From contig JANLTJ010000051.1 of NCBI GenBank assembly GCA_031362885.1, forward strand, positions 10,629-74,628: 64,000 bases of DNA. Direction: 5' to 3'. Each line of letters begins with the position of its first letter. Position 1 is the first letter of the stretch. This DNA is from Betaproteobacteria bacterium. Its GTDB lineage: Bacteria; Pseudomonadota; Gammaproteobacteria; Burkholderiales; JACQAP01. The position numbers and the translations under genes were made by a program. Below are positions 1-9,521 of the stretch, one piece after another. The notes below the pieces were generated by a model that searched no databases, was not told where the DNA came from, and worked only from the letters and a program-made list of their open reading frames with translations.

Positions 1-593
1 TGGCCTCGCGTAGCGCGCGCCGCCGCGATCTGCTCAAACAGATGGGTGTGAACTTCGAAGTGCTGCTGCTGCGCGAGGGCACCGGCCGCGGCGCCGATTT
101 CGACGAATCGCCCATTGCCAATGAGCTGCCGCGCGACTATGTGTCGCGTGTCGCGCGCATCAAGGCACACGCGGGATGGATGCGGTTGGAGCAACGCCGG
201 TTGATGCGCCATCCGGTTCTGTCTGGTGATACCACCGTGGCGATAAATAACACCATTCTTGCCAAGCCCAGGGACCGCGAAGAGGCCGTGGCCATGCTCA
301 AGCAGCTTTCCGGTACGGTCCACCATGTATACACGGCGGTGGCCATCAAATTTCACGATGCAGTAAAGGAGGAGATTTCGGACACCGAGGTACGGCTGCG
401 GGAGCTGTCCGACGATGAAATCCGGCGCTATGTCGCAACTGGCGATCCCATGGACAAGGCCGGCGCCTACGGCATTCAGGGCAAGGCCTCCATGTTCATC
501 GAATCCATCAACGGCAGTTACAGCGGCGTGGTGGGACTGCCCATGTTCGAAACTTCCCGCCTGTTGACGCAATTCGGATTTCAGCTGCTGTGA
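1..593 (+). CDS. maf: Maf/YhdE-family nucleoside triphosphate pyrophosphatase (5' end outside the window)
   Basis: Frame is open from position 3 (ASRSARRRDLL). Motifs DES, GDTTV, KP, DKAGAYGIQG, GSYSGVVGLP. Directly upstream of rng. Confidence 0.92.
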   Translation, partial: ASRSARRRDLLKQMGVNFEVLLLREGTGRGADFDESPIANELPRDYVSRVARIKAHAGWMRLEQRRLMRHPVLSGDTTVAINNTILAKPRDREEAVAMLKQLSGTVHHVYTAVAIKFHDAVKEEISDTEVRLRELSDDEIRRYVATGDPMDKAGAYGIQGKASMFIESINGSYSGVVGLPMFETSRLLTQFGFQLL

Positions 594-2044
594 ACGAAGA
601 GGTACTGATCAATGTCACGCCGCAGGAAACCCGGGTCGCGGTCATGCAGCAGGGTGTTGCCCAGGAACTGCATGTCGAACGCAACGGCAGCCGCGGCATT
701 GTCGGAAACGTCTACTTCGGCGAGGTCAACCGCGTGCTTCCCGGAATGCAATCGGCGTTCGTCCATATTGGCCTGGACCGCGCCGCTTTTTTGCACGTTG
801 CCGACATCTGGTCGCAGCGCCAGAATCACGACGAACCCAAGCCAATCGAGAGAATCCTTCAGGACGGGCAAAGGCTGCTGGTACAGGTCATCAAGGACCC
901 GATCGGCACCAAGGGAGCGAGGCTCTCCACGCAGATCAGCATCGCCGGCCGGTTTCTGGTTTATCTGCCCCAGGAATCGCACATCGGCATTTCCCAGCGC
1001 ATCGAAGACGAGAACGAACGCGCATTGCTGCGAGAAAAGCTGCAACACCTGATTCCTGCGGAGGAGAGCGGCGGTTACATCGTGCGTACCATGGCGGAAA
1101 CCGCCAGCGAAAAAGAACTGGCTGCCGATATTGAATACCTGCGCAAACTGTGGGCCGGCATTCAGGAGAAATCGCGCGCCGTGCCCGCGCCCGCGCTGCT
1201 CTATCAGGACCTGAGTCTGTCATTGCGCGTGTTGCGCGATATCGTCAACGACGAAAGCGATCGTATTCTGGTGGATTCGCGCGAGACTTTTCAGCGCATG
1301 CAGACCTTCGCCGGCGAGTACGCTTCGTCATTCGTAGACCGTCTCCATCACTATGCGGGAGAACGGCCATTGTTCGATCTGTACGCGGTCGAGGAGGAGA
1401 TCGAGCGCGCAATGGCGCGCCGCGTGCCGCTCAAGTCAGGTGGTTATGTGATCATCGATCAAACCGAAGCACTGACCACCGTCGATGTCAATACCGGCGG
1501 GTTTGTTGGTGGTCGAAATTTTGACGACACCATATTCAAGACCAATCTCGAAGCGGCCCAGGTGATTGCCCGCCAACTGCGCCTGCGAAATCTGGGCGGC
1601 ATCATCATCATCGACTTCATCGATATGGACAACGAAGTTCATCGCAATGCCGTTATTTCGGAGTTCAAGAAGGCGCTGCTGCCGGACCGCACGCGCATGA
1701 CGGTCAACGGATTCACCCATCTCGGCCTGGTGGAGATGACGCGCAAACGCACGCGGGAAAGTCTGGCTCATATTCTGTGCGAACCTTGTCCGACCTGTCA
1801 GGCGCGCGGCGAAGTCAAGACGGCGCAGACCATCTGCTACGAAATTCTGCGCGACGTAACGCGCGAATCGCGGCAGTTTGAAGCACGCGAATTCCGCATC
1901 CTCGCCTCGCAAAAAGTCATCGACATGTTCCTCGACGAAGAGGCCCAGAGTCTGGCGATGCTGGAGGAATTCATAGCCAAGCCGATTTCCCTGCAAGTTG
2001 AGACGATTTACACCCAGGAGCAATACGACATCGTCTTGTTGTAA
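590..2044 (+). CDS. rng: Ribonuclease G
   Basis: S1 region VLPGMQSAFV, DVNTG and RNLGGIIIIDFIDM motifs, CPTC Zn-link; 484 aa with no RNase E C-terminal tail; maf-rng order. Confidence 0.96.
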   Translation: MNEEVLINVTPQETRVAVMQQGVAQELHVERNGSRGIVGNVYFGEVNRVLPGMQSAFVHIGLDRAAFLHVADIWSQRQNHDEPKPIERILQDGQRLLVQVIKDPIGTKGARLSTQISIAGRFLVYLPQESHIGISQRIEDENERALLREKLQHLIPAEESGGYIVRTMAETASEKELAADIEYLRKLWAGIQEKSRAVPAPALLYQDLSLSLRVLRDIVNDESDRILVDSRETFQRMQTFAGEYASSFVDRLHHYAGERPLFDLYAVEEEIERAMARRVPLKSGGYVIIDQTEALTTVDVNTGGFVGGRNFDDTIFKTNLEAAQVIARQLRLRNLGGIIIIDFIDMDNEVHRNAVISEFKKALLPDRTRMTVNGFTHLGLVEMTRKRTRESLAHILCEPCPTCQARGEVKTAQTICYEILRDVTRESRQFEAREFRILASQKVIDMFLDEEAQSLAMLEEFIAKPISLQVETIYTQEQYDIVLL

Positions 2045-2239
2045 ATGCGGCCGTTTCCGCTTTTGGTCGGAACAACTTCGGGTTCCAGCACCGCGACATT
2101 GACCGGAAACCTCAAAACTTGTCCGGTTCGTTCGCAAACATCAGCGGCCACGGTCCATTGCATCGGCCAACGACCGGCGGCCCCTTTGCCCATGAACCCG
2201 GCGCCAACTCGCATCGGGCATCGTGCGCCGCATGCAGTA

Positions 2240-4171
2240 TCAGGTGACCTTGGTATTGGCGGCCGGATCGCGCTGTAACACACCGCGAATTCGCGTGAGT
2301 TCTCGAACCTGCTTTGACAGTTGTCCCTGCTGTTGTTCGAGCTGTCGTAAACGCTCCTGCAGCGTTTTGGCGTCGCCCGAGACCTTGCGCAAGTGCTCGA
2401 GCTTGCGTTGCAGCAGTTTCAGGTGCTCATTCAGCCGCAGGGCTAGCGGCATGAGCGACGAGTTGACCCAGGTATCGAGATCCACGCGCAGTCGGGCGAA
2501 AAGGTCACGCGCATGCGATACCAGCCCTCCATAAAAACGGCGCACGAGGAATGGTTTGGCGATCACCACGTTGGCCGGGTCCCTGCAAAAACGCTCAGCG
2601 CTTTTGAGCAGCTCATGCATGCGCCGCATGTGGACTTCCATGTCCAGAGGCGGGGCTTTCAGCTTGGGAAAACCGTAGACACTGTGAAACTCGGAGTAGA
2701 CATTGTCGACGTAGTTGCCGACCTGGTTCGAAAATTCCCGAATTTTTTCGGCCTGGCCATAAAACGTGTCGAACAATGCCTGCATTCCGCGCATCACCCC
2801 GGGGGTGGTCCAGCTTCCCTCGATTGCGAGCAGGCTTCGTTGCATGATTTCTCCCAGGCGCTCGTCGTTCAGGGAATCAGTCAGGGCAGAGCCCTGTTTC
2901 AGAACTGCCGCATGCGAGCGATTGAAACTATCCATGTGCTTCCAGTAAGCGGCTTTCTCCTGCTCAAGGCGCGTCAGCAATATTTTTCCAAGATCGCGGT
3001 TCTTGCCGGTGAGCGCCGACATTTCCTTCAGTTCCTGTTCGCAACTGGCCAGTTGGGCTACCACGCTTTGCAGCGAAGTCTCAAGCATGTTGCCCAGTTC
3101 CATGGAGACCGCAGCGTGCAGAATCTGCTGTTTCGATGGAATGATTTCCTCTGCCAGCAGGTGCTCGAGCGCTTCGATCCGGCTTTTCGCGAGCAACTCC
3201 GGGTTGCCGCGGATACGTGCAATCAGGCCCTTCTGCGCCGATAGTGCAATGACGTGCTTGCGCGGCAAGTCCAGAATTCGCGCCGTCTCCAGAAGCTGAC
3301 GTTCGATGCCAGCTTCAATTTGCTCATCGGATTTCAGCTCGTCCCACATCAGATCGATCTTGTTGAGCACGGCAATGCGGCGCGTCACGTAACTCTGCAC
3401 GTACTTTTGCCAGACTTCGAGATCCGACTTGGTCACGCCGGTATCCATCGCCAGCAGGAACAGCACTGCGTGCGCGTTGGGGATCATCGACAAAGTCAGT
3501 TCCGGCTCCGTGCCCAGCGCGTTCAGACCGGGCGTGTCGAGAATGACCAAACCCTTTTTGAGCAGCGGATGCGGGTAATTGATCAATGCGTGGCGCCAGC
3601 ACGGGACATCCACTTTTCCGCCACGATTAACCAGCGTCGTGGTCATGAAATCGCCCTCGTCGAGCAACCCGAGCGCGTCGGCTTCCGCCATGGTGACTGA
3701 CTTTACCTGGGCCAGGCTGGACATGGCTTTGGCCATTTCGGTGTGGGAATTCAGATCAAGCCGGATCTTCACCCACTCGACCGACTTGTGCTTGAGCGCG
3801 GCGATACTCTCGCCTGACTTGCGCGTTTCGATGGGCAATAGTTTGATGTAGGGATCATCGCCGGAATCGTGAAAGATTTCCGTTGGGCACATGGTCGTGC
3901 GGCCCACATCCGAAGGCAGCAGGCGTTGCTTGAAATCGGAGAAAAACATGGCATTGATCAGCTCAGTCTTGCCCCGCGAGAACTCCGCGAGAAAGGCCAG
4001 CACCATGCGATCATTGCGCAGGCTTTCCGTCAAATCATGAATACGCAGACTGCGCTGGATATCGGCGTGACCGTGGTCTTCCAGCCAGGTTTGATAAGCC
4101 TGAATGCCCTCGCGCAGGTCGTCGCGCCATTGCTGATACGCGGATACCTGGGATTCAAGGTCCTTAGTCAT
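2240..4171 (-). CDS. Bacterial dynamin-like GTPase
   Basis: G1 AEFSRGKT, G2 RTTMCPT, G3 DTPG, G4 NKID; long helical/coiled-coil C-terminus; 643 aa. Confidence 0.85.
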   Translation of the reverse strand: MTKDLESQVSAYQQWRDDLREGIQAYQTWLEDHGHADIQRSLRIHDLTESLRNDRMVLAFLAEFSRGKTELINAMFFSDFKQRLLPSDVGRTTMCPTEIFHDSGDDPYIKLLPIETRKSGESIAALKHKSVEWVKIRLDLNSHTEMAKAMSSLAQVKSVTMAEADALGLLDEGDFMTTTLVNRGGKVDVPCWRHALINYPHPLLKKGLVILDTPGLNALGTEPELTLSMIPNAHAVLFLLAMDTGVTKSDLEVWQKYVQSYVTRRIAVLNKIDLMWDELKSDEQIEAGIERQLLETARILDLPRKHVIALSAQKGLIARIRGNPELLAKSRIEALEHLLAEEIIPSKQQILHAAVSMELGNMLETSLQSVVAQLASCEQELKEMSALTGKNRDLGKILLTRLEQEKAAYWKHMDSFNRSHAAVLKQGSALTDSLNDERLGEIMQRSLLAIEGSWTTPGVMRGMQALFDTFYGQAEKIREFSNQVGNYVDNVYSEFHSVYGFPKLKAPPLDMEVHMRRMHELLKSAERFCRDPANVVIAKPFLVRRFYGGLVSHARDLFARLRVDLDTWVNSSLMPLALRLNEHLKLLQRKLEHLRKVSGDAKTLQERLRQLEQQQGQLSKQVRELTRIRGVLQRDPAANTKVT

Positions 4172-4257
4172 CAGTCCAGAAGTTTTTCCGGAAAGATCGG
4201 GACCAAGATGCGGTCCCTACGATGGAAGAGATCAGAGGCAGCAGGCATTCGGTTCAA

Positions 4258-4830
4258 CTAGAGCAGGCGTGCAACCATGAGTTCGAGCGCGTTCAGCGGC
4301 CACATCAGCAGGATCTGGCAAATGACAAGCAGGAACAGGGGTGAAAGATCCACCCCTCCGATCGGTGCGATGCGCCTCTGAAAAATGCCAAGGAAGGGCC
4401 GGGTGAGACTCGCGAGCATGGACATGGCCGGCCCGCGCGGTGCAATGAAGGACACGATGGCTTGCGCGAACACGGTGACCATCAAAATGTAGATGAACAG
4501 TTTCAGCAGATTCAGCGCCGCGAACAGCATTAAACCGACGGCGGCCGTGCCCACGCCGGGCCCAAACGAATGATCCTTCAGTGCGAGCACGCCGATAACC
4601 AGCAAGAGTTCCGTTAGCCAGGCCAGAAGGAGGGTGGACAGGTCATAGCCCCAAAGGCCCGGAATTACGCGTCGCGTCGGCCGCACGATGAAGTCGGTGA
4701 GCGCGGCGAGAAACTGGGACAGTGGATTGCGCGCCGGTGCGCGTACGGCCTGCAAATAAAATCGCAGCAGCAGAGCCAGCGAGAACAACCCCAGAAATGT
4801 TTCTAGCAGAAAGATGAAAGCCTGGATCAT
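4258..4830 (-). CDS. yggT: YggT-family membrane protein
   Basis: Two YGGT repeats (NPLSQFLAALTDFIV...DLS; LTRPFL...GGVDLSP); follows proC. Confidence 0.92.
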   Translation of the reverse strand: MIQAFIFLLETFLGLFSLALLLRFYLQAVRAPARNPLSQFLAALTDFIVRPTRRVIPGLWGYDLSTLLLAWLTELLLVIGVLALKDHSFGPGVGTAAVGLMLFAALNLLKLFIYILMVTVFAQAIVSFIAPRGPAMSMLASLTRPFLGIFQRRIAPIGGVDLSPLFLLVICQILLMWPLNALELMVARLL

Positions 4831-4842
4831 CTGTAACGTTGC

Positions 4843-5676
4843 CTAGTCTTTTCCGAATTCGTCGCCGAGATCCGCGGATCGCCGGGCGGCGGCATGTACC
4901 GCTTCCACGATCTGCTGCTTCACGTTGTTGGATTCCAATTTTCTCAGTGCTGCTTCCGTGGTGCCAGCCCTGGAAGTCACGCGCTCCCGCAAAACGGCCG
5001 CCGGCTCATTACTGTCGGCCGCCAGTTTCGCGGCACCGACGAAAGTCTGCACGGCAAACTCATGGGCTTGTTCATTACTCAGTCCCAACTCCGCTGCCGC
5101 TTGTTCCAATGCCTCGATAAAGTAGAAAACATAGGCCGGTCCGCTGCCGGAAACCGCCGTAACCGCATCCAGGTCCGGCTCACTTTTCACCCATACCACC
5201 CGACCCACCGCGCCAAGAATATCCTGAGCCAGAACCCGGTCCGCTGGTTTTACCGCGGAACCTGCAAACAATCCCGATACGCCCAATCGAATCAGGGCAG
5301 GCGTATTCGGCATCACCCGTACGACGCGATCATGACCATCGAGCCAACGCGTCAGATCCCTGGTGCGGATACCGGCCGCAATGCTGATGACCAGTTTCCC
5401 GTTCAATGCGCCGCTCAGTGTTTTCGCTACGCTGCGCATCTGCTGCGGCTTAACCGCCAGTAACACGGCGTCCTCGGTTACCGCGCCTTCCCTTGCAGCA
5501 GCGGTACTGACACCAAACTGCGCCTGCAAGCGCTGGCGCGCCTCCGGCGAAGGGTCAATCACGTGCATGTCGCCGGGATTGCTTCCTTGTTCCACCAGAC
5601 CGCCGATCAATGCGGTGGCCATGTTGCCGCCGCCGATGAAAAGAATGCGCATGTTTTTATGTGCAGCAATCGCCAT
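4843..5676 (-). CDS. proC: Pyrroline-5-carboxylate reductase (start may be 5652)
   Basis: FIGGGNMA Rossmann motif, AVKPQ, RVMPNTP, SGSGPAY, VTS.AGTT. Confidence 0.97.
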   Translation of the reverse strand: MAIAAHKNMRILFIGGGNMATALIGGLVEQGSNPGDMHVIDPSPEARQRLQAQFGVSTAAAREGAVTEDAVLLAVKPQQMRSVAKTLSGALNGKLVISIAAGIRTRDLTRWLDGHDRVVRVMPNTPALIRLGVSGLFAGSAVKPADRVLAQDILGAVGRVVWVKSEPDLDAVTAVSGSGPAYVFYFIEALEQAAAELGLSNEQAHEFAVQTFVGAAKLAADSNEPAAVLRERVTSRAGTTEAALRKLESNNVKQQIVEAVHAAARRSADLGDEFGKD

Positions 5677-5729
5677 TCGAAGCGGAGGAGCTGATGCCGG
5701 ATCTTATGCCTGGCTGGGATCGAAACCGG

Positions 5730-6272
5730 CTATTTTCTGGTTTCCGCCAGCTTTTTCACGTTCTTCAGTCCGGCGCGATAGGCCTCAACGATGGCTTTTC
5801 GGGCGCTGGCATCATCCTCACCCGGCGGCGGATCATCGGCAATCCTGCGCATGAATTTGCCCTTCCAAACCAGTGACGCGCTTGCCTTTGACTTGCCTCG
5901 AATGACTTTGACCGAAGAGACATAGTCCGCGACCGGCAGCGGTGAATCTCCGACGATGCGATAGCTGTAGAGCATTTGCTTTTCGCTGAAGCCGAGCAAC
6001 TCCTCGTCGAACTGAGCGCCGCCATCGGCCAGGGTCAACTTGCGGAACGAGCCGGCTTTGTTGTTGGTGCCGAAAAAAATCTCCGTGTTCGAAAAGGCCG
6101 GATGCCACTTGTGCAGGCCATTCCAGTCCTTGACCAGGGCCCAGACCCTGGCCGGAGATGCATTGATCTCCAAGCGTTCGTTGACGTGAATATATCCAGG
6201 TTTGGCCGCCAGCGCCGAGCCGGACAATGCCATCGACACGCCGAGCAACAGGGCCCAGACTCTTGTATTCAT
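5730..6272 (-). CDS. Periplasmic SRPBCC/polyketide-cyclase-like protein, MxaD-like
   Basis: Signal peptide ending ALA-A; I.ASPARVWALV...WHP and R.L.L.DG..F.EELL SRPBCC pattern; strong SD. Confidence 0.75.
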   Translation of the reverse strand: MNTRVWALLLGVSMALSGSALAAKPGYIHVNERLEINASPARVWALVKDWNGLHKWHPAFSNTEIFFGTNNKAGSFRKLTLADGGAQFDEELLGFSEKQMLYSYRIVGDSPLPVADYVSSVKVIRGKSKASASLVWKGKFMRRIADDPPPGEDDASARKAIVEAYRAGLKNVKKLAETRK

Positions 6273-6299
6273 CCTCTAATACTCCTTAGGTTCGCGGTC

Positions 6300-6314
6300 A
6301 TCAGATTATCTGAT
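6300..6314. promoter_or_regulatory. Palindromic putative operator upstream of the SRPBCC gene
   Basis: ATCAGAT-T-ATCTGAT, 28 bp upstream of the start codon. Confidence 0.4.
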
Positions 6315-6392
6315 CCGGCTGCCATTCAGACACACTCAGCTCGAGAGTATAGGGTCGCGCCACGCTCTCGGGCAAATCAGCGTCGTATGAAA

Positions 6393-7097
6393 TTAAAACG
6401 GACGCTCACCAAAAATTACCCGTCCAACTCGAATCAGTGTCGCCCCTTCGGCGATCGCGGCCTCGAAATCATCGGACATGCCCATCGAAAGAGTATCCAG
6501 CTCGATGCCGTGACCGACGATATCGTCCCGAAGCTGGCGCAGGAGTTGGAAGCGGGTACGCAGCGTTGTGATGTCCGGCGTCGGCTCGGGGATGGTCATC
6601 AAGCCGCGCAGCCGGATCCCGTTCAGGGAGGACGACAGCACCTTCGCCAGCCCGAGAGCCTCCTCGGGCCGTACCCCGCCCTTGGAGTGCTCGCTGCTGG
6701 TGTTGACCTGAATGCAGACTTGCAAAGGCGTCCGGTTCTGAGGGCGTGCAGCGGACAAGCGTTCGGCAATTTTCAGCCGGTCCAGGCTATGTACCCAGTC
6801 AAACAGTTCTGCAATCTGCCGTGTTTTGTTGCTTTGGATCGGGCCGAGGAAGTGCCATTTGAGGGGCGCCATGTGCTTCTCCGGGGTGGCGGTGAGCGCT
6901 ATTTTGTCAACCGCTTCCTGCAAGTAGTTTTCGCCGAATGCGATTTGGCCGGCGGCGCGAGCTTCCAGGATTGCGGTTGCCGGGAAGCTCTTGCAAACCG
7001 CAATCAACCCGATTTCGGCCGCAGATCTGCCGCATGTTCGAGCCGCTGCATCAATGCGCTCGTGTATGGCTTGCAAGCGGGACGCTATTGTTGTCAT
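6393..7097 (-). CDS. yggS: YggS/PLP homeostasis protein
   Basis: LIAVCK, FGENYLQEA, WHFLGPIQSNK, LSMGMSDD, RVGR.IFG; start MTTIASRL at 7097. Confidence 0.95.
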   Translation of the reverse strand: MTTIASRLQAIHERIDAAARTCGRSAAEIGLIAVCKSFPATAILEARAAGQIAFGENYLQEAVDKIALTATPEKHMAPLKWHFLGPIQSNKTRQIAELFDWVHSLDRLKIAERLSAARPQNRTPLQVCIQVNTSSEHSKGGVRPEEALGLAKVLSSSLNGIRLRGLMTIPEPTPDITTLRTRFQLLRQLRDDIVGHGIELDTLSMGMSDDFEAAIAEGATLIRVGRVIFGERPF

Positions 7098-7218
7098 AAT
7101 TCCTTTGCATTCTTGTCTGTAACCATCGAATGCAGCGAGCTTTTTTCTAGCGGTGCCAAGGCCGCCGACAAGATTCGCTACCCATGGTTGCCGTATTGCC
7201 GTCGTCGGAGAATTATAA

Positions 7219-8259
7219 ATGGACATCGCTGAGCTTCTTGCCTTCGTCGTAAAGAACAAGGCTTCTGACCTTCATCTTTCGGCGGGTTTGCCGCCAATGA
7301 TCCGAGTGCATGGCGACATCCGGCGCATCAACCTGCCACCGATGGAGCACAAAGACGTGCATGCCATGGTCTATGACATCATGAACGATGGTCAGCGCAA
7401 GTTCTATGAAGAAAACCTCGAATGCGATTTCTCGTTTGCGATTCCGAATCTTGCGCGCTTTCGTGTCAATGCCTTTGTGCAGAATCGCGGCGCCGGGGCG
7501 GTCATGCGGACCATCCCGTCCAAGGTGTTGACGCTGGAAGAATTGAAGGCCCCCTCGATTTTCAAGGAAATCGCCAAGTACCCGCGAGGCGTAGTGCTGG
7601 TCACCGGCCCGACCGGTTCGGGCAAATCCACCACGCTGGCTGCCATGGTCAACGACATCAACGAAAACGAGATGGGCCACATTCTCACGGTGGAAGATCC
7701 GATCGAGTTCGTGCACGAAAGCAAGAAATGCCTGATCAACCAGCGCGAGGTTGGCCCACATACCCTGTCGTTCAACAACGCGCTGCGCAGCGCGTTGCGC
7801 GAGGATCCGGACATCATCCTGGTGGGCGAGCTGCGCGATCTGGAAACCATTCGCCTGGCGCTCACCGCGGCCGAAACCGGCCACCTGGTGTTCGGCACAT
7901 TGCACACCAGTTCCGCTGCCAAGACCGTGGACCGGATTATCGACGTATTCCCGGCGGCTGAAAAAGAAATGGTTCGCGCCATGCTTTCCGAATCACTGCG
8001 CGCCGTGATCTCGCAGACGCTGTGCAAGACCAAGGATGGAACGGGACGCGCCGCCGCGCACGAAATCATGATCGGCACGCCGGCAATCCGCAATCTGATC
8101 CGTGAAGCCAAGATTGCGCAGATGTATTCCGCCATCCAGACCGGGCAAGGGCTGGGTATGCAGACGCTGGATCAGAACCTGACTGATATGGTCAAGCGCA
8201 ACGTCATTACGAAGGAGGAAGCGCGGACCAAAGCAGCCAACAAGGATAGTTTCAACTGA
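7219..8259 (+). CDS. pilT: Type IV pilus retraction ATPase PilT
   Basis: ASDLHL, GPTGSGKSTT, EDPIE, GTLHT, AIRNLIRE motif. Confidence 0.97.
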   Translation: MDIAELLAFVVKNKASDLHLSAGLPPMIRVHGDIRRINLPPMEHKDVHAMVYDIMNDGQRKFYEENLECDFSFAIPNLARFRVNAFVQNRGAGAVMRTIPSKVLTLEELKAPSIFKEIAKYPRGVVLVTGPTGSGKSTTLAAMVNDINENEMGHILTVEDPIEFVHESKKCLINQREVGPHTLSFNNALRSALREDPDIILVGELRDLETIRLALTAAETGHLVFGTLHTSSAAKTVDRIIDVFPAAEKEMVRAMLSESLRAVISQTLCKTKDGTGRAAAHEIMIGTPAIRNLIREAKIAQMYSAIQTGQGLGMQTLDQNLTDMVKRNVITKEEARTKAANKDSFN

Positions 8260-8305
8260 CCTGCCAGCACGGCGGGCCGCAGAAAATATTTGCCAGGAGT
8301 AGCAG

Positions 8306-9442
8306 ATGGAACGAGATCAGGCCGTCAAATTCATTCATGAACTATTGAGGGCCATGGTGGCGAAGAAGGCCTCCGACCTGTTCATTACTGCCGGTTTTCC
8401 GCCGGCCTTTAAACTCGACGGCAAAATGACACCGGTGTCGAACCAGAGCCTGACGCCCCAGCACACTCAGGAACTGGCCCGTGCGCTGATGAACGACAAA
8501 CAGGCGCAGGAGTTCGAGGCGAGCCGGGAATGCAATTTCGCCATCAACCCACCAGGCATCGGACGCTTTCGCGTCAATGCATTCGTGCAGCAGGCCCGAG
8601 TCGGCATTGTGCTGCGGACCATCACAACGACAATTCCTAAGATGGACGACCTCGGACTGCCGCCGGTTCTGAAAGACGTGGTCATGTCCAAGCGCGGCCT
8701 GGTGATCATGGTTGGCGGCACGGGATCCGGCAAGTCGACGACTCTCGCCGCGATGATCGGTTATCGCAATGAGAACAGCTTCGGCCACATCATCACAATC
8801 GAAGACCCGATCGAGTACGTGCATGAACACAAGAATTGCGTGATCACCCAGCGCGAAGTTGGTGTCGATACCGAGTCCTGGGAGGCGGCGCTGAAGAACA
8901 CGCTGCGCCAGGCACCGGACGTCATACTGATCGGAGAAATTCGCGAGCGGGAAACCATGGAACACGCGATTGCGTTCGCCGAAACCGGCCATTTGTGCAT
9001 GGGCACGTTGCACGCCAACAGCGCCAATCAAGCGCTGGACCGGATCATCAATTTTTTCCCGGAAGAACGCCGGTCGCAGTTGCTGATGGATTTATCCCTG
9101 AATCTCAAATCCCTGGTGTCGCAACGCCTGATTCCGCTGAAGGACACGAAGGGCCGCGCGGCGGCGATCGAAATCCTGCTGAACTCGCCACTGATCTCCG
9201 ACCTTATCTTCAAGGGTGAAGTGCACGAGATCAAGGAGATCATGAAAAAATCGCGGGAACTCGGCATGCAAACTTTCGATCAGGCGTTGTTCGATTTGTA
9301 TGAAGCCGGAAAGATCGGCTACGAAGACGCCATGCGCAATGCGGATTCGATGAACGAGTTGCGCTTGCAGATCAAGTTGCACGGCAGGGAAATCAAGGAA
9401 CGTGACCTCACCGCCGGGATGGATCACCTGAACATCGTGTAA
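8306..9442 (+). CDS. pilU: Type IV pilus ATPase PilU
   Basis: ASDLFIT, GGTGSGKSTT, LHANSANQALDRI; follows pilT. Confidence 0.95.
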   Translation: MERDQAVKFIHELLRAMVAKKASDLFITAGFPPAFKLDGKMTPVSNQSLTPQHTQELARALMNDKQAQEFEASRECNFAINPPGIGRFRVNAFVQQARVGIVLRTITTTIPKMDDLGLPPVLKDVVMSKRGLVIMVGGTGSGKSTTLAAMIGYRNENSFGHIITIEDPIEYVHEHKNCVITQREVGVDTESWEAALKNTLRQAPDVILIGEIRERETMEHAIAFAETGHLCMGTLHANSANQALDRIINFFPEERRSQLLMDLSLNLKSLVSQRLIPLKDTKGRAAAIEILLNSPLISDLIFKGEVHEIKEIMKKSRELGMQTFDQALFDLYEAGKIGYEDAMRNADSMNELRLQIKLHGREIKERDLTAGMDHLNIV

Positions 9443-9455
9443 AGGCAGGGCCGCG

Positions 9456-9521
9456 GAATGAGCATTGAGGGTCGAGAAAGGCGCGCGAAACGGACAATCC
9501 CTCGTCCCTCATTCCTCGGCT
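9456..9521. repeat. Inverted heptamer tandem repeats between convergent genes
   Basis: GAATGAG CATTGAG GGTCGAG ... CTCGTCC CTCATTC CTCGGCT. Confidence 0.5.

Noticed and set aside
2045-2239. 195-bp gap between rng and the dynamin gene with short ORFs on both strands
   Set aside because: No recognisable protein, RNA structure or repeat.
5976-7232. 418-aa plus-strand ORF
   Set aside because: Antisense shadow of yggS and the SRPBCC gene; no motifs.
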